Positions 24,128-36,445 of a stretch of 64,000 bases of DNA are shown in pieces. Both the position numbers and the translations under genes were made by a program. Location of the stretch: assembly GCF_030028105.1 (NCBI RefSeq), contig NC_092383.1:97797604-97861603 (forward strand). The letters run 5' to 3'. The DNA comes from Mobula birostris. Its lineage: Eukaryota. The notes under the pieces are model-generated. The model ran no database searches. It was not told where the DNA came from and saw only the letters and a program-made list of their open reading frames with translations. Every line of letters begins with the position of its first letter. Within the stretch, counting starts at the first letter, position 1.

Positions 24128-27100
24128 AGGAATTCCTGCACTCCTAATTCCCTTAGATTAACTCTCATCATCTGTCTCTGTATCCCATACTTCTTGCAAC
24201 TCAGAACTATATGTTCTACTGACTCCTCTTCCTGACATTTCTCACACAATCCTGGTGTTTCCCTATCATTTTCAATGTTTTGTTTAATGCACAGTGCCCT
24301 AGCCTTAACTGAGTCCACACAGTTTCCTCTCTTCTGTATCCACTACCTACCCTAGTACCTGCAACACTCTTTTGTATTTGATATAAGTGCCTCCCTTTCC
24401 CCTCCCTGTCCCATTTTTCTTGTCACAATTGGTTGATTTTTTTCCCAGATTACACACTTAACCTCTGCTCTACTGATACTAATGTGCATTTCGATATTTT
24501 CTTTCTTTAACGCCCTCTTTGCCAATTCATCCACCCTCTCATTTCCCTTCACCCCTACATGTGCTGGAACCCATAGAAATTTTATCTGACCTCCCTGATT
24601 TGCAATTCTTGTGACTGACTGAAGGACTTCATAAAGTACATCTTGCCGACTGTTTAAGTGAAAAGACCTAAAACTTGTTAGAACTGAGGATGAATCTGAG
24701 CATATCAATGCTTTGACTTGTCTAGCTTTCTCCACCCATCACAACACAACCAACACTGCCAGCATCTCCCCTGTATGCACCCCTAATTTATTAGATGTTC
24801 TTCTGATTCCAATTTCTTTTGTTCGTATAGCCACTCCAAACCCTGTCACTCCTGTTTCAGGTTCCTTAGCACCATCCGTATAAATCTGAGTATAATCACT
24901 ATACTTTTCCATCACATGACAGTTAAATGCACTTACCAAATCAGTTTTATATTTTCCTTTCCTTCTTACCTCTAACAAATGCCAGTCTATGACAGGCCAT
25001 ACAAGCTTCCATGGAGTTACAACCGGATAAACTACTGAAGGACTTATCCTTAGATCAAACACTTCACATTCTTTAGCAATATCATTCCCTACCCATCTAA
25101 AGTTGTCCCTCTGAAACCTCCCAGTTTCCCAGCACTCCTGCAACACTCGTTTTGTAGGGTGAGAATACTTTATACTTTGTACTTCATTGTCGCCAAACAA
25201 TTGATACTAGAACGTACAATCATCACAGCGATATTTGATTCTGTGCTTCCTGCTCCCTGGATTACAAATATTAAATATTAAAAATATTAATAGTAAAAAC
25301 TAGTAAATATTAAAAATTTAAATTATAAATCATAAACAGAAAATAGAAAAATGGAAAGTAAGGTAGTGCAAAAAAACCGAGAGGCAGGCCCGGATATTTC
25401 GAGGGTACAGTCCAGATCCGGGTCAAGTTCCGTTCAGCAGTCTTATCACAGTTGGAAAGCTGTTCCCAAATCTGGCCGTACGAGTCTTCAAGCTCCAGAG
25501 CCTTCCCCCGGATGGAAGAGGGATGAAAGGTGTGTTGGCTGGGTGGGTTGTGTCCTTGATTATCCTGGCAGCACTGCTCCGACAGCGTGCGGTGTAAAGG
25601 GAATCCAAGGACAGAAGATTGGTTTGTGTGATGTGCTGTGCCGTGTTCACGATCTTCTGCAGTTTCTTTCGGTCTTGGACAGGACAACTTCCATACCAGG
25701 TTGTGATGCACCCTAGAAGAATGCTTTCTACAGTGTATCTATAAAAGTTAGTGAGGGTTTTAGGGGGCAGGCCAAATTTCTTTAGTTTTCTCAGGAAGTA
25801 AAGGCACTGGCGGGCCTTCTTGGCAGTGAACTCTGCATGGTTGGACGAAGTCAGGTCATTTGTGATATTGACCCCGAGGAACTTAAAAGCTTTTGACCTG
25901 TTCCACTTGCGCACCACCAATGTAAATTGAGTCGCACAGTCTGCTACTCCTTCTGAAGTCAACAACCAATTCCTTCGTCTTGCTGATGTTGAGGGATAGG
26001 TTATTGTCTTCGCACCATGCCACCAGGTTCTTAATTTCCTCTCTGTACTCAAACTCATCATTACCCGAGATACGGCCTACAATTGTTGTGTCATCAGCAA
26101 GCTTATATATTGAGTTCAATGGAAACTTGGCGACACAATCATTGGTGTACAGTGAGTACAGCAGGGGGCTAAGTACACAGTCTTGTGGGGCACCGGTGCT
26201 CAGAGTGATTGTAGGGGAGAGCTTGTCCCCTATTTTTACAGCTTGGGTCCTGTCTGTGAGGAAGTTGAAGATCCAGCTGCAGATCTGAGTGCTAAGGCTC
26301 AGGTTCCGGAGCTTAGGAATCAGATTATTTGGAATGATGGTAGTAAAGGCCATAGTCAATGAAAAGGAGCCTTACGCATGCGCCTTTATTCTCCAGGTGT
26401 TCTAAGGAGGAATATAGGGCCAGAGAGATGGCATCTGCTGTTGACAGGTAGGCTGTGGTTGATGTGTGCCATAACCAATCTCTCGAAGCACTTCCTAGCA
26501 ATTGATGTCAGAGCCACAGGTCGATAATCATTCAGGCATACCACCTTGCTCTTCTTTGGCACTGGGATTATCGTTGCCTTCTTAAAACACGAGGGGATCT
26601 TAGACTGAAGCAAGGAGCAGTTGAAGATGTCAGCAAACACTCCAGCTAGCTCGCTTGGACAGGCCTGGAGAACCCATCCTGGGATGCCGTCTGGGCCTGT
26701 CGCCTTCCTTGGATTTATCTTCAGGAAGGCCCTTCTAACGTCCTCCTCGGTGACGATGAATCTTGATGCCACCAGGTCCGGTTCATCTGGAGGGAGTGGG
26801 ATGCTCCTCTTCTGTTGGAATCTTGCGTAGAATATGTTAAGTTTGTCAGGAAGAGAAGCGCCACAGTTATTGATATTTCCAGCCTTTTCTTTGCGCCCAG
26901 TGATCTCATTTAGACCCTGCCATAGTCTACTGGCATCCCCCTGGTTAGCCTGGGCTTCCAACTTGGCTCAATATTGCCTCTTGGCACCCTTAATAGCTTT
27001 CTGGAGTTCATGCCTGGATTCCGTGTCGTGACTGGTATCCCCAGACCTAAAAGCCGCAGCTCTAGTCTTTAAAAGGGACTTGACCTCATAATTCATCCAA

Positions 27101-30100
27101 GGTTTCTGGTTAGGGCATACCCGGATCGTCTTGTGAGACACACAGTCCTTCGTGGATTTCCAAATAAAGTCCGTGACAGCTGAGGCATACTCATTGAGTC
27201 CTTAAATACTAACCAGTCCACTGATTCAAAGCAGTCATGGAGGACCTCATCCATTTCCTCCATCCAATGTGATACTACTTTTGACACCGTGACCTCCTGC
27301 TTCAGTTTCTGTTTGTAAGCTGGGAGGAGGAGTACGGCCTGATGGTCTGATTTTCCGAAGTGAGGTCGTGGGACGGAACCTTAGGCACCCTTGACTGCTG
27401 TGTAGCAGTGGTCAAGTATATTCGGGCCTCTAGTGGGGCAGGAGACATGTTGGTATAACTTTGGCAGCGCCTTTCTGAGGTTGGCCTGGTTAAAGTCCCC
27501 GGCTGTAATGAGTAAAGCCTCCGGATACCTGGTCTCAAGTTCACTGATGTTGGCATACAGTATGTTCAGAGCGCACTCCACGCCTGCCTGGGGGGGAACG
27601 TAGACTGCTGTCAGTATGACCGAGGTGAATTCCCGTGGCAGAGAGTAGGGACGACACTTCACCAACAGGTGTTCCAGGTCTGGGCTGGAGGAAATTGTCA
27701 GTGCCACTGTGTCCAAGCACCATGCAGTGTTGATCAGTAGGTAGACACTAGCTCCCCTCGTCTTGCCTGAAGACACCGTGCGGTCCATGCGATGGATCGA
27801 AAAATCCCTCTGGTCGGATGGAACAGTCAGGAGTGCCAGGGGAGAGCCAGGTCTCAGTGAAACAGAATACACAGCAGTTCTGCATCTCCCTGCAGTAAGT
27901 GAGTCTCCCTTTAAGATCATCCAAGAGAATCATTGTGCCCCTGCAAATTAGCCCATCAATTGCATCCTTTTTAGTTCCAAATGAATTACTCCCACTTCTA
28001 CCTCTAGGGCTGATACTGGTGATGTTTTGAAAGCCCCACTGCACAATCTCAAAGCCTGAGCCTGAATCACATCCAGTTTCCTTATAAGAGACCTAGCTGC
28101 TGATCCCTATACTATATTTCCATAGTCCAACACAGATCTTACTAAAACCACATACATTCTCTCCAACGCTGAACAATTTGCTCCCCATTCCCTACCAGTC
28201 AAATATCTCATCACATTTATTACTTTTTTACATTTCTCCTCAACTTTCCTGATATGTCTGCCAATGTTAATTGTGAATCAAATATAACTCCCAGAAATTG
28301 AAATGATTCAACCCTTTCTAATTCAATCCCATACATCCTTAACTTCTTCCCTACCTCAATTTGTTTCCTGGTAAAAAATACAGTTTGAGTTTTTTCTACA
28401 GAAAATCTACATCCCCAATCATAACCCCACTCCACCAATTCATCAATTGCTCCTTGTAGTTTCCTGATTACATGCTCCATGTTCCTGCCTCTTTTCCACA
28501 AGGCCCCATCATCCGCAAAGTGACCTACCTATATCCACTGATACCTTTGTGAAGACATCATTGATCATAATGATGAAAAGTAACGGGCTAATCACACTAT
28601 CTTGTGTGCCATTTCCCACTATGTACTGTTTTGATAATTCTGATCCAATCCAAACTTGAATTTTTCTACCAAACAAAAATCTTTAATCCAATTAAAAACT
28701 TCCCACCAACCCCCATCTTGTGCAGTTTGATTAACAATCATTCCTTCCACATCATATCATAGGCTTTTTCTATGTCAAAAAACACTGCAACTACTGACTC
28801 TTTATTTGCCTGGACCTTTCTTATTTCAGTCTCTAACCTTATCACTGAGTCCATGGAATTCCTTCCCTTCCTAAAACCACTCTGATAACTTGCCAGCATT
28901 CCCCTCTTCTCAAGCTCATACAATAACCTTCTGCTATCATCCTTTCCATTATCTTACATATATTTGATGTTAATGCTATTGGTCTATAGCTAGTGGGTTT
29001 TGACGGATCCTCGCCAGGTTTCCTTATTGGAATTACTACTGCTTCTTTCCATGCACTTGGTAATCTTCCCTCCTCCCACACTCTGTTATAAAAATGCAGC
29101 AACTTCAAGAGCACTCCTTCTACTAGATTTTGTAGCATATCAGATCTTTCCCTGGGGAGGTTGGTTTCAATCTCTTTAGTGCTCTCACCATTTCTGCCAA
29201 CGTAAATGGATCATCAATTATATCATCAGTTTCTTCCCTCCTGTTTAACACACCTGGGTGTTGACTCATTGTTCTTTCCCTTCTCCTTCTCCCTTCTTCA
29301 GACAAATTTTCTGAACTGTGTATCTGTACGAACAACTTGGGATGATCTCAGCCTTATCCCTACAGGAGACTGCGGTTTCCTCCTCAGGTATCATTGCTGG
29401 ATATTCCCATTCCCTTCCATCTCCTCCCATTCTCTTAATCATTCCCCATACCTCTCCCACAGGTGTTGTTCTTCCTATTTTGTTGCAAAAACTCCTCCAA
29501 CTTGCCCTTTTAGCTTGACGTATAGTTCTTCTCACCACTGCCTGTGCCTTCTTATATTGAATCAAATGCTGCATATGATGGGTTCTTTTAACTAGCCTGA
29601 ATGCTCTATTTCTGTTTTTTTTTACAGCCTGACAACATTCCTCTGTCCACCACGGTACCAGTTTTCTATTCTTCCTATTTTTACTCATGGGTATAGATCC
29701 TTCTGCGGCCATAATTGCTGAAGTCACCTGACTGTTTAATTCATCTATATTTCCAGAAATGTCAATCCTTGTCAATGCTTCTTCACTCAACTTCTGGAAC
29801 TTACCCCAGTCTGCTTTTCCAAACACCCACTTTGGGATTCCACCACCTGGTCTTACTTCAACTCTTTCACCCACTGAACATAAAACTGAGTAGTGATCAC
29901 TGCCTACTGCTGAAGCAGTCCAAACACCCCAGTTACTAACTCCAGCCAAGGTATTAGACACTGATGTATATCTAATACTGACTCCATTCCTGTTGTTATG
30001 TATATCCGTGTTTCTCTACCATCATTCATACACACCAAATCCCACTCTTCCATCAAATCTTCAATTACCTTTCCTTTTGAATCTGTAATCCGATCCCCCC

Positions 30101-31392
30101 ATATTGTGCTGTGAGCATTGAAATCTGCACACCACACTACTTTATGTCTGTTTTGTCCTTGTATTCTTAATAGGCTGTCCAAGTCCAACCTTTTACATGG
30201 ATTGTAGTAGGTAATTATAACCACTTCCTCCCCTCTCTCTCACACTTCCGCCACTATGTATTCCTGATCTTCTCCTTTTTCCAGTACCCTATATGGTATA
30301 CCTTGCTTGGTTAGCATAGCACAATCCCTTCATCCCCCTAGATTTCTATCTTTCCTTATCATTGTATACCCATATACCACAAAGTCTAAAGTTGGTTTCA
30401 ACCAGGTTTCCTGAATACACACTGCATCCAGTTTTACAACCATTTCTTTAATAAAGAGCTTGAACTCCTGGCTATTGGCCAGTAAGCTCCTTGCATTCCA
30501 TTGCAAAAGAATCACCATAATTAGTATTAACCAACCTATGACACTTCCTGGCTTGACTGATTAGTGAGGTTCTCCCTCACTTCTTCCCATGTCAGTCCTA
30601 CTACTAACCCTAAGTGGTTCACTGCTGCTTTGACCACCAGCTGGATTTTGTCACTTTTTGACTTTACCTCAGCCGTACTATTAATCACTCCTGCAATGAA
30701 TGTTAATAGAGCATTTTTGTCTACATAAATCCTGTCATTTGTTCTTTGTTGCATCTCTTGCGTTCCTATTGCTCCCTGTTCATTAGGAGCATTATTCTGT
30801 TCTCTTGACATTCTTACAGCTTCTGCATAAGTGATCTTTCTTTTCACTCTTATTTCTTGAATTTTATTCTCCCATCTCATAACCTCACACCCACTACACG
30901 TCACAATATCTCTACAATTGCAGCATTTTGGTTGCACTCCTATTCCGCACTTTCCATTTTCATGATCACCCCCACATCTAGCACATCTCCTCTGCCTTTT
31001 ACAGTTTTTAGCTATGTGTCCAAACCTTTGACAATTATAGCACCTCAATGGCTTTGGCACATACACCCTTACTGGGTAACTCATGAAAACCAGGAACACC
31101 TTCCTCGGCACTCTTTCTTCTTCAGATTCAATCAATACTGTTCCACTTTTCTTTTTCACTCCCTCCTTTGTTGTTTTCAGTCTTTGAACATTCATTACTT
31201 TTCCTCCTTTAATATTCCTCTAACTCCTCCATATTTATACTCATTGTTATCCCCACGATCACTCCTTTACAACCACCGCCATTTTGTGCTCCCACCCTCC
31301 CTGTGTCTTCCACTTTGCATTTGCTTATCTCTTTTCGCTTGAGTGCTTTCTCAAGTTGTTCCTCATTCGCACATCTTACCAAAAGGTTGCCA
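24128..31392 (-). mobile_element. Nimb/I-clade LINE (gag-like ORF1; ORF2 APE-RT-RNase H-zinc finger), decayed and interrupted
   Basis: ORF1 GNLLVRCANEEQLEKAL...PKPLRCYNCQRFGHIAKNC..CARCGGDH (CCHC knuckles); ORF2 MVILLQWNARSL...CIQETWL, YRPIALTS, QSGFRKGR, FFDIEKAYD, FADD, RNase H IYTDGAK / ICSDS / LWVPAHVGVKGNE, C-terminal CEKC...EHIVLSC. Confidence 0.92.
25167..27924 (-). mobile_element. 5'-truncated Rex1/Babar copy inserted into Nimb ORF2, with 6-bp TSD
   Basis: Close paralog of 9630-12440; TSD GAGAAT at 25161-25166 and 27925-27930; removing it rejoins Nimb ...ANLQGHND|SHPTKRVL...; internal deletion between two GTCAAC direct repeats near 26445. Confidence 0.92.
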
Positions 31393-31396
31393 TTAT

Positions 31397-32056
31397 TGTT
31401 AACTTAAAAAGGTTGCCGGACCAATAATCACACCACACAGTTACTAACTTTAACCTCTTCACCAGTTTATTGTTCAAGCTCAGCCGGTGTGAAAAAATTG
31501 AAGCTGGACATGAAAGAGACAGAGTTTATCTCTCTGTCCCTCTGGCAGCTCAATGAGCTTCTGATTTAAAAAACAGAAATACTACAATTTATAGAATGAG
31601 CAAAGAACACTCAGTTACAATGATATACCAAGTCAGTTAGAGCGAAACCCAGTTACTTTGATAAGAGTCCACTAAATCAGAGTTTAATTACAAATAGATA
31701 CATTGTCCACCCCATATCAGTCATTCCTGTCGCTAGGCCCCTGACTTAATTACAGACAGATGGCTTTATCATTGACCCTCTCCAAAGAAAAGACTTAAGT
31801 CAGTGGAGCAAAACAATAAGGTATGACCTATGTGAGCTCTGAGTAATTCCAGCCCTCATGTCACCTTGAAAAAGGCAGCTACAGGCTATTAATCAAGCAA
31901 GCAATTAATCTAAACAAACTGTAGGCATATTCTTCAGTGAAAGCAACAGAGTTTGTTCACTAACACACATAGGGTGGCACTTAAGTTTTTTTAACCCATT
32001 ATTTACAAGAGTCCAAGAATCATGTCTTACTTCCCCAACATCCTTAAACTTTATTA
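31397..32056 (-). mobile_element. ERV 3' LTR (U3-R-U5)
   Basis: Preceded on - by PPT AAAAAGGAGAGAA (32057-32069); TATAAA at 31588-31593, AATAAA at 31466-31471, ends ...TTAACA near 31397. Exact termini uncertain by ~10-15 bp. Confidence 0.7.
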
Positions 32057-32087
32057 TTCTCTCCTTTTTATCATCACATGATAACTT

Positions 32088-32250
32088 TCAGAACAGATTG
32101 TCACTTCTACAACATGATACAATACATAGCCACAAGCACCGTAGGGTACAGATAATAATCAAAGTTAATACCATTTTCCTTAATCCAAGGGAGTCCTTCT
32201 ACTCAGTTCCTTCAGTGACGTTTGCAGTCTGTTCAATGTATCCTCCGAGA
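32088..32250 (-). mobile_element. Remnant of ERV env transmembrane subunit C-terminus
   Basis: [16 protein letters not shown] (heptad-like), then after a frameshift GLRKMVLTLIIICTLRCLWLCIVSCCRSDNLF* (hydrophobic anchor with Cys cluster) immediately upstream of the PPT. Confidence 0.55.
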
Positions 32251-32253
32251 GTG

Positions 32254-33991
32254 CCCCTCCACAAATGCACTGGGTAGCTTATGGTACACAGGGGCCAGTG
32301 TTCGAATATGGCAGATTAATTCATCCAGGAGCATTGGCTCAATAAGGTCAGTTTCTTCTGCAATTAGAGGTTTTTCTGCCAATACAACTTCTTTTGCTGC
32401 CACTGGATCTGTGGAATGTAGACGCCAGTATATATAGCCGCGGTCTTTCAAGTCAAGGTTGTCAGAGTCCTGTGTCGCCAAGCTTAGAACTTGCTGCACC
32501 AGCTCTTGTATCTCAAGTCGTTTTTTTTATAATAGTTTTACAATAGTAGTCAAAAGTTGCAGTTGAACCTGTATGCTCTCATCATGGAATCCTTCCAGGA
32601 AGCGCTCTCATAGCTCATCAGCATTGTCAGTTCTTTCGGCATACTATCCATATCATCGCTACTCTTGTTTCTGGTTCATCCAATGAATCCAGATTTTCAC
32701 AAAGTGTTGCGATAACACTTTTATACTTGTTTGGGTATTTACGGAAAATGTCCATTATTACTACAATAGCTTCTTGGACGACGTAGTTTGCTTTTGTCTG
32801 AATGAAGTCAAGTAGCGTACTCATGCAGCATTCTGCTGATTGCTCATCTTTAATTGCACATCATCCAATTGCACGCACAGCTTTTCATACAAAGTCAACA
32901 TCTACTTCAGTGGCATACTCCTTCAATTCTGCCAAAACCTGCGCAATGTTGGCTTGAGAAGCCAATCAAATCACAATACCCAGTTTTTCCAGTTTCACAT
33001 ATATCTTTACAAAGAAAACCTTTGTTTTGTGCTTAAAAATCTCAGAACTTTTTTGTACAATGAGGTTGATGTTCTGGAGGGCAATATATTGGAGTTCTGG
33101 TTCTGCAGACAATAGCGTTACCAGTGGGGGAGCCAGTTTCTTCAACAAAGTGCCATAGTAATTCCAAGTCCTTTGAAAGCATTTCCATGAATTTCATCAG
33201 AACCTTTACAGCCAACAGGACAACAACTGAGTTGGCGTGAGATAGATGTGGCGTCACATGCTCACAGATGCTTTGAGCTTCTCAGTCATCCCTTGGGCTA
33301 TAAGTGGCCAAACAATCAAGGATAAATATCTGGCCCTATTCAGTACATTCATTTAAGGCTGTTAAAAGCTTGTCGATTGTCTGAAAATTGAAGTCTAACA
33401 AGTTGCTGTTTGGATGAGGTTCTGCGATCTCCGACAGAGCAGCCACAGCATTCGCAATGACCATTGGATTAGAGTCAGGTATCAGATCCTTTAGAATGTC
33501 CAGAAATCCCTGATCTTCTACCAGCTGTGAATTGATGTCATGTAGCTTGGCTACACAGACAGCAGCAGGTTTTTCGTACATAAGGGTCTTCATCCTTTAG
33601 ACATTTTCCGCAGGGGCTCACACAAATACTCAGTAATTTTATCCACATGGATGCAGCCTATTGTTCTCACAGCTAACACTCTGATAAATGGACTGGGATC
33701 TTCATAGTCCTTAACAAAAGTGTTGACAGCCACAATTGCCATATCTGGTTGGCTCTTTGCATAGTTCATTAGATAGAGGTACACCAGCTTCTTCAACTCC
33801 AAATCATCTGTCTGCATTTAGTTTATGACATCAGGAAAGAGGGCACTGACATCTTTGCCACCAGTCATTGACGTACTCACTTTCTTCACTGCTTCTTTCT
33901 TTTTCTCCTGCTTGTCACTATTGAATTCTGCTTTGACTTCGAAGATTTCTCCTTTATTGGTTGTTGCGAGATATTTAGAATCAGTCATGGC
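32254..33991 (-). pseudogene. AP1B1: Intronless AP-1 complex subunit beta-1 (beta-1 adaptin) copy, codon 1 to about codon 585 (trunk domain only)
   Basis: gccATG at 33988: [45 protein letters not shown]...; continuous to ...VYHK.PSAFVEG with no introns. AP1B1- rather than AP2B1-type residues ([49 protein letters not shown]). Stops (e.g. 33818-33820), frameshifts and a 4-codon deletion (VK[YNDP]IYVK). Confidence 0.93.
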
Positions 33992-34774
33992 GAGTGTGGT
34001 CCTCTCCACCGAAGTCCGAGTTTCCCTGGATCCTAATTCTTGACCAGGACAAAATCTCCAGGCTCACTCATGGGGTAGTCACCTTTCGGCTGGGTTTCGT
34101 CTTCCCGATAGGCCTGTCGTACCTGTAAATGCAAGCTTTAGAAAGTTTTAGTAATTTGCATAAATATTTTCCCATCTCCTCCGCCAAGGTATGCATATCC
34201 AATGTTGCAAGTAAGCTCTCAGGGAGGAGCAGCAAACAAGGTCGGGGTCCCATGGGGTTCTCATAGGCTTCCCGTAGATAATTTCTGCAGGTGATAACCC
34301 CGTCTTACTTGATGGCGTGATTCTCATATGGAATAGGGCTAAGGGTAAAACCTTCAACCAGGTAAATCCAGTTTCTTGTGTAAGTTTGGCCAACTTATCT
34401 TTCAAGGTACCATTGGCTCACTCCACTATGCCGGCTGCTTTCGGATGATGGGTGCAGTGGAACTGTTGTTTTATAGCTAACTCCTTGCAAATTTCCTCAT
34501 TTATTTTGGCAACAAGATACGGTCTATTGTCCGAGCTTATCATTTCCGGAAGTCCATAGCGAGGAATTATTTCTTTTAGCAATATTTTCACAACAGTCCA
34601 GGCGGCATTATTAGTTGTAGGAACAGCTTCAATCCATCTGCTAAGTACATCTACTATCACTAAGCAATACTTATAACAATGCACTCTAGGTAATTCTATA
34701 AAATCAAGTTGTAAACAAGAAAGAGGTCCACCAGGCAAGGGGGTAGTTCCAGACACACAAGGCATCCCCTTCTC
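33992..34774 (-). mobile_element. pol: Class I (gamma/epsilon-like) ERV integrase, core and C-terminal domain
   Basis: LQLDFIELP...LVIVDVLSRWIEA...EIIPRYGLPEMISSDN...HPKAAGIVE (DDE), LAKL.QETG.TWLKVLPLAL..MRITP..KTGLSPAEIIYG.P, then PGDFVLVKN*...LRWRGPH (GPY/F motif). Confidence 0.92.
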
Positions 34775-36445
34775 AGCAACACACATAAAAGCAGGTCAGG
34801 CAGCATCTCTGGGAAGAAGTACAGTCGACGTTTCAGGCCGAGACCCTTCGTCAGGACTAACTTACAGAAGAGCTAGTAAGAGATTTGAAAGCGGGAGGGG
34901 GAGGGTGAGATCTGAAATGATAGGAGAAGACAAGAGGGGGAGGGATGGAGTCAAGAGCTGGACAGTTGATTGGCAAAAGGGATATGAGAGGATCATGGGA
35001 CAGGAGGCCTAGGGAAAAAGAAAGTGGGGGGAAGCCCTGAGGATGGGCAAGGGGTATACTGAGAGGGTCAGAGGGAGAAAAGAGAGAGAAAAAGAATGGG
35101 TGTATATAAATAAATAAATGACGGATGGGGTATGAGGGGGAAGTGGGGCATTAGTGGAAGTTTGATTAGTCAATGTTCATGCCACCAGGTTGGAGGCTAC
35201 CCAGACAGAATATAAGGTGTTGTTCTTCCAACCTGAGTGTGGCTTAATCTTTACAGTAGAGGAGGCCGTGGACAGACATATCAGAATGGGAATGGGACGT
35301 GGAATTAAAATGTGTGGCCACTGGGAGATCCTGCTTTCTCTGGCTGACAGAGCGTAGGTGTTCAGCGAAGTGATCTCCCAGTCTGTGTCAGCTCTCGCCA
35401 ATATATAGAAGGCAGCATCGGGAGCACCGGACGCAGTATATCACCCTAGCCGACTCACAGGTGAAGTGTCGCCTCACCTTAAAGGACTGTCTGGGGCCCT
35501 GAATGGTAGTGAGGGAGGAAGTGTCAGGGCATATGCAGCACTTGTTCCGCTTACAAGGTTAAGTGCCAGGAGAGAGATCAGTGGGGAGGGATGGGGGGGG
35601 GGAACGAATGGACCAGGGAGTCACGAAGGGAGCAATCCCTGCAGAAAGCAGAGAGTGGGGGAGGGAAAGATGTGCTTAGTGGTGGGATCCCGTTGGAGGT
35701 GGCGGAAGTTACGGAGAATAATATGTTGGACCCGCAGGCTGGTGGGGTGGTAGGTGAGGGCCAGGGGAATCCTATTCCTAGTGGGGTGGCGGGTGGATGG
35801 AGTGAGAGCAGATGTGCGTGAAATGGGGGAGATGCGTTTGAGAGCAGAGTTGATGGTGGAGGAACGGAAGCCCCTTTCTTTAAAAAAGGAGGACATCTCC
35901 TTCGTCCTGGAATGAAAAGCCTCATTTTGAGAGCAGATGCGGCAGAGATGGAAGAATTGCGAGAAGGGGATGGCATTTTTGCAAGAGACAGGGTGGGAAG
36001 AGGAATAGTCCAGATAGCTGTGAGAGTCAGTAGGCTTATAGTAGACATCAGTAGATAAGCTGTCTCCAGACATAGAGACAAAAAGATCTAGAAAGGGGAG
36101 GGAGGTGTCGGAAATGGACCAGGTAAACTTGAGGGCAGGGTGAAAGTTGGAGGCAAGGTTAATGAAGTCAACGAGCTCAGCATGCGTGCAGGAAGCAACG
36201 CCAATGTAGTCGTTGATGTAGCAAAGGAAAAGTGGGGGACAGATACCAGAATAGGTTTGTAACATAGATTGTTCCACAAAGCCAACAAAAAGTCAGGCAT
36301 AGCTGGGACCCATACGGGTGCCCATGGCTACACCTTTAGTTTGGAGGAAGTGGGAGGAGCCAAAGGAGAAATTATTAAGAGTAAGGACAAATTCTGCTAG
36401 ACGGAGCAGAGTGGTGGTAGAGGGGAACTGGTTAGGTCTGGAACC
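34775..36445 (-). mobile_element. Neptune-type Penelope element, 5'-truncated (RT C-half, GIY-YIG, pLTR)
   Basis: TLNNFSF...LQTKGVAMGTRMGPSYA, YINDY, LPFLD, YKPTDSH.YL, GIY-YIG, EEQHLIF.LGSLQPGGMN, pLTR ending tgtgtgttgct at ~34775. Confidence 0.9.
34822..34859 (-). ncRNA. Apparently intact minimal type I hammerhead ribozyme
   Basis: Minus strand TAGTC-CTGACGA-A-GGGTCTCGGCCT-GAAA-CGTC-GACTG. Confidence 0.8.

Noticed and set aside
31380-31396. TGGCAACC after the LTR end as a primer-binding site (which would make this a 5' LTR)
   Set aside because: The bases read as Nimb ORF1 (GNLLVRC), do not extend to a tRNA 3' complement, and the PPT/env lie on the other side as expected for a 3' LTR
32254-33991. 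AP2B1 assignment, or a functional adaptin gene
   Set aside because: Diagnostic residues match AP1B1; multiple stops and frameshifts and no introns
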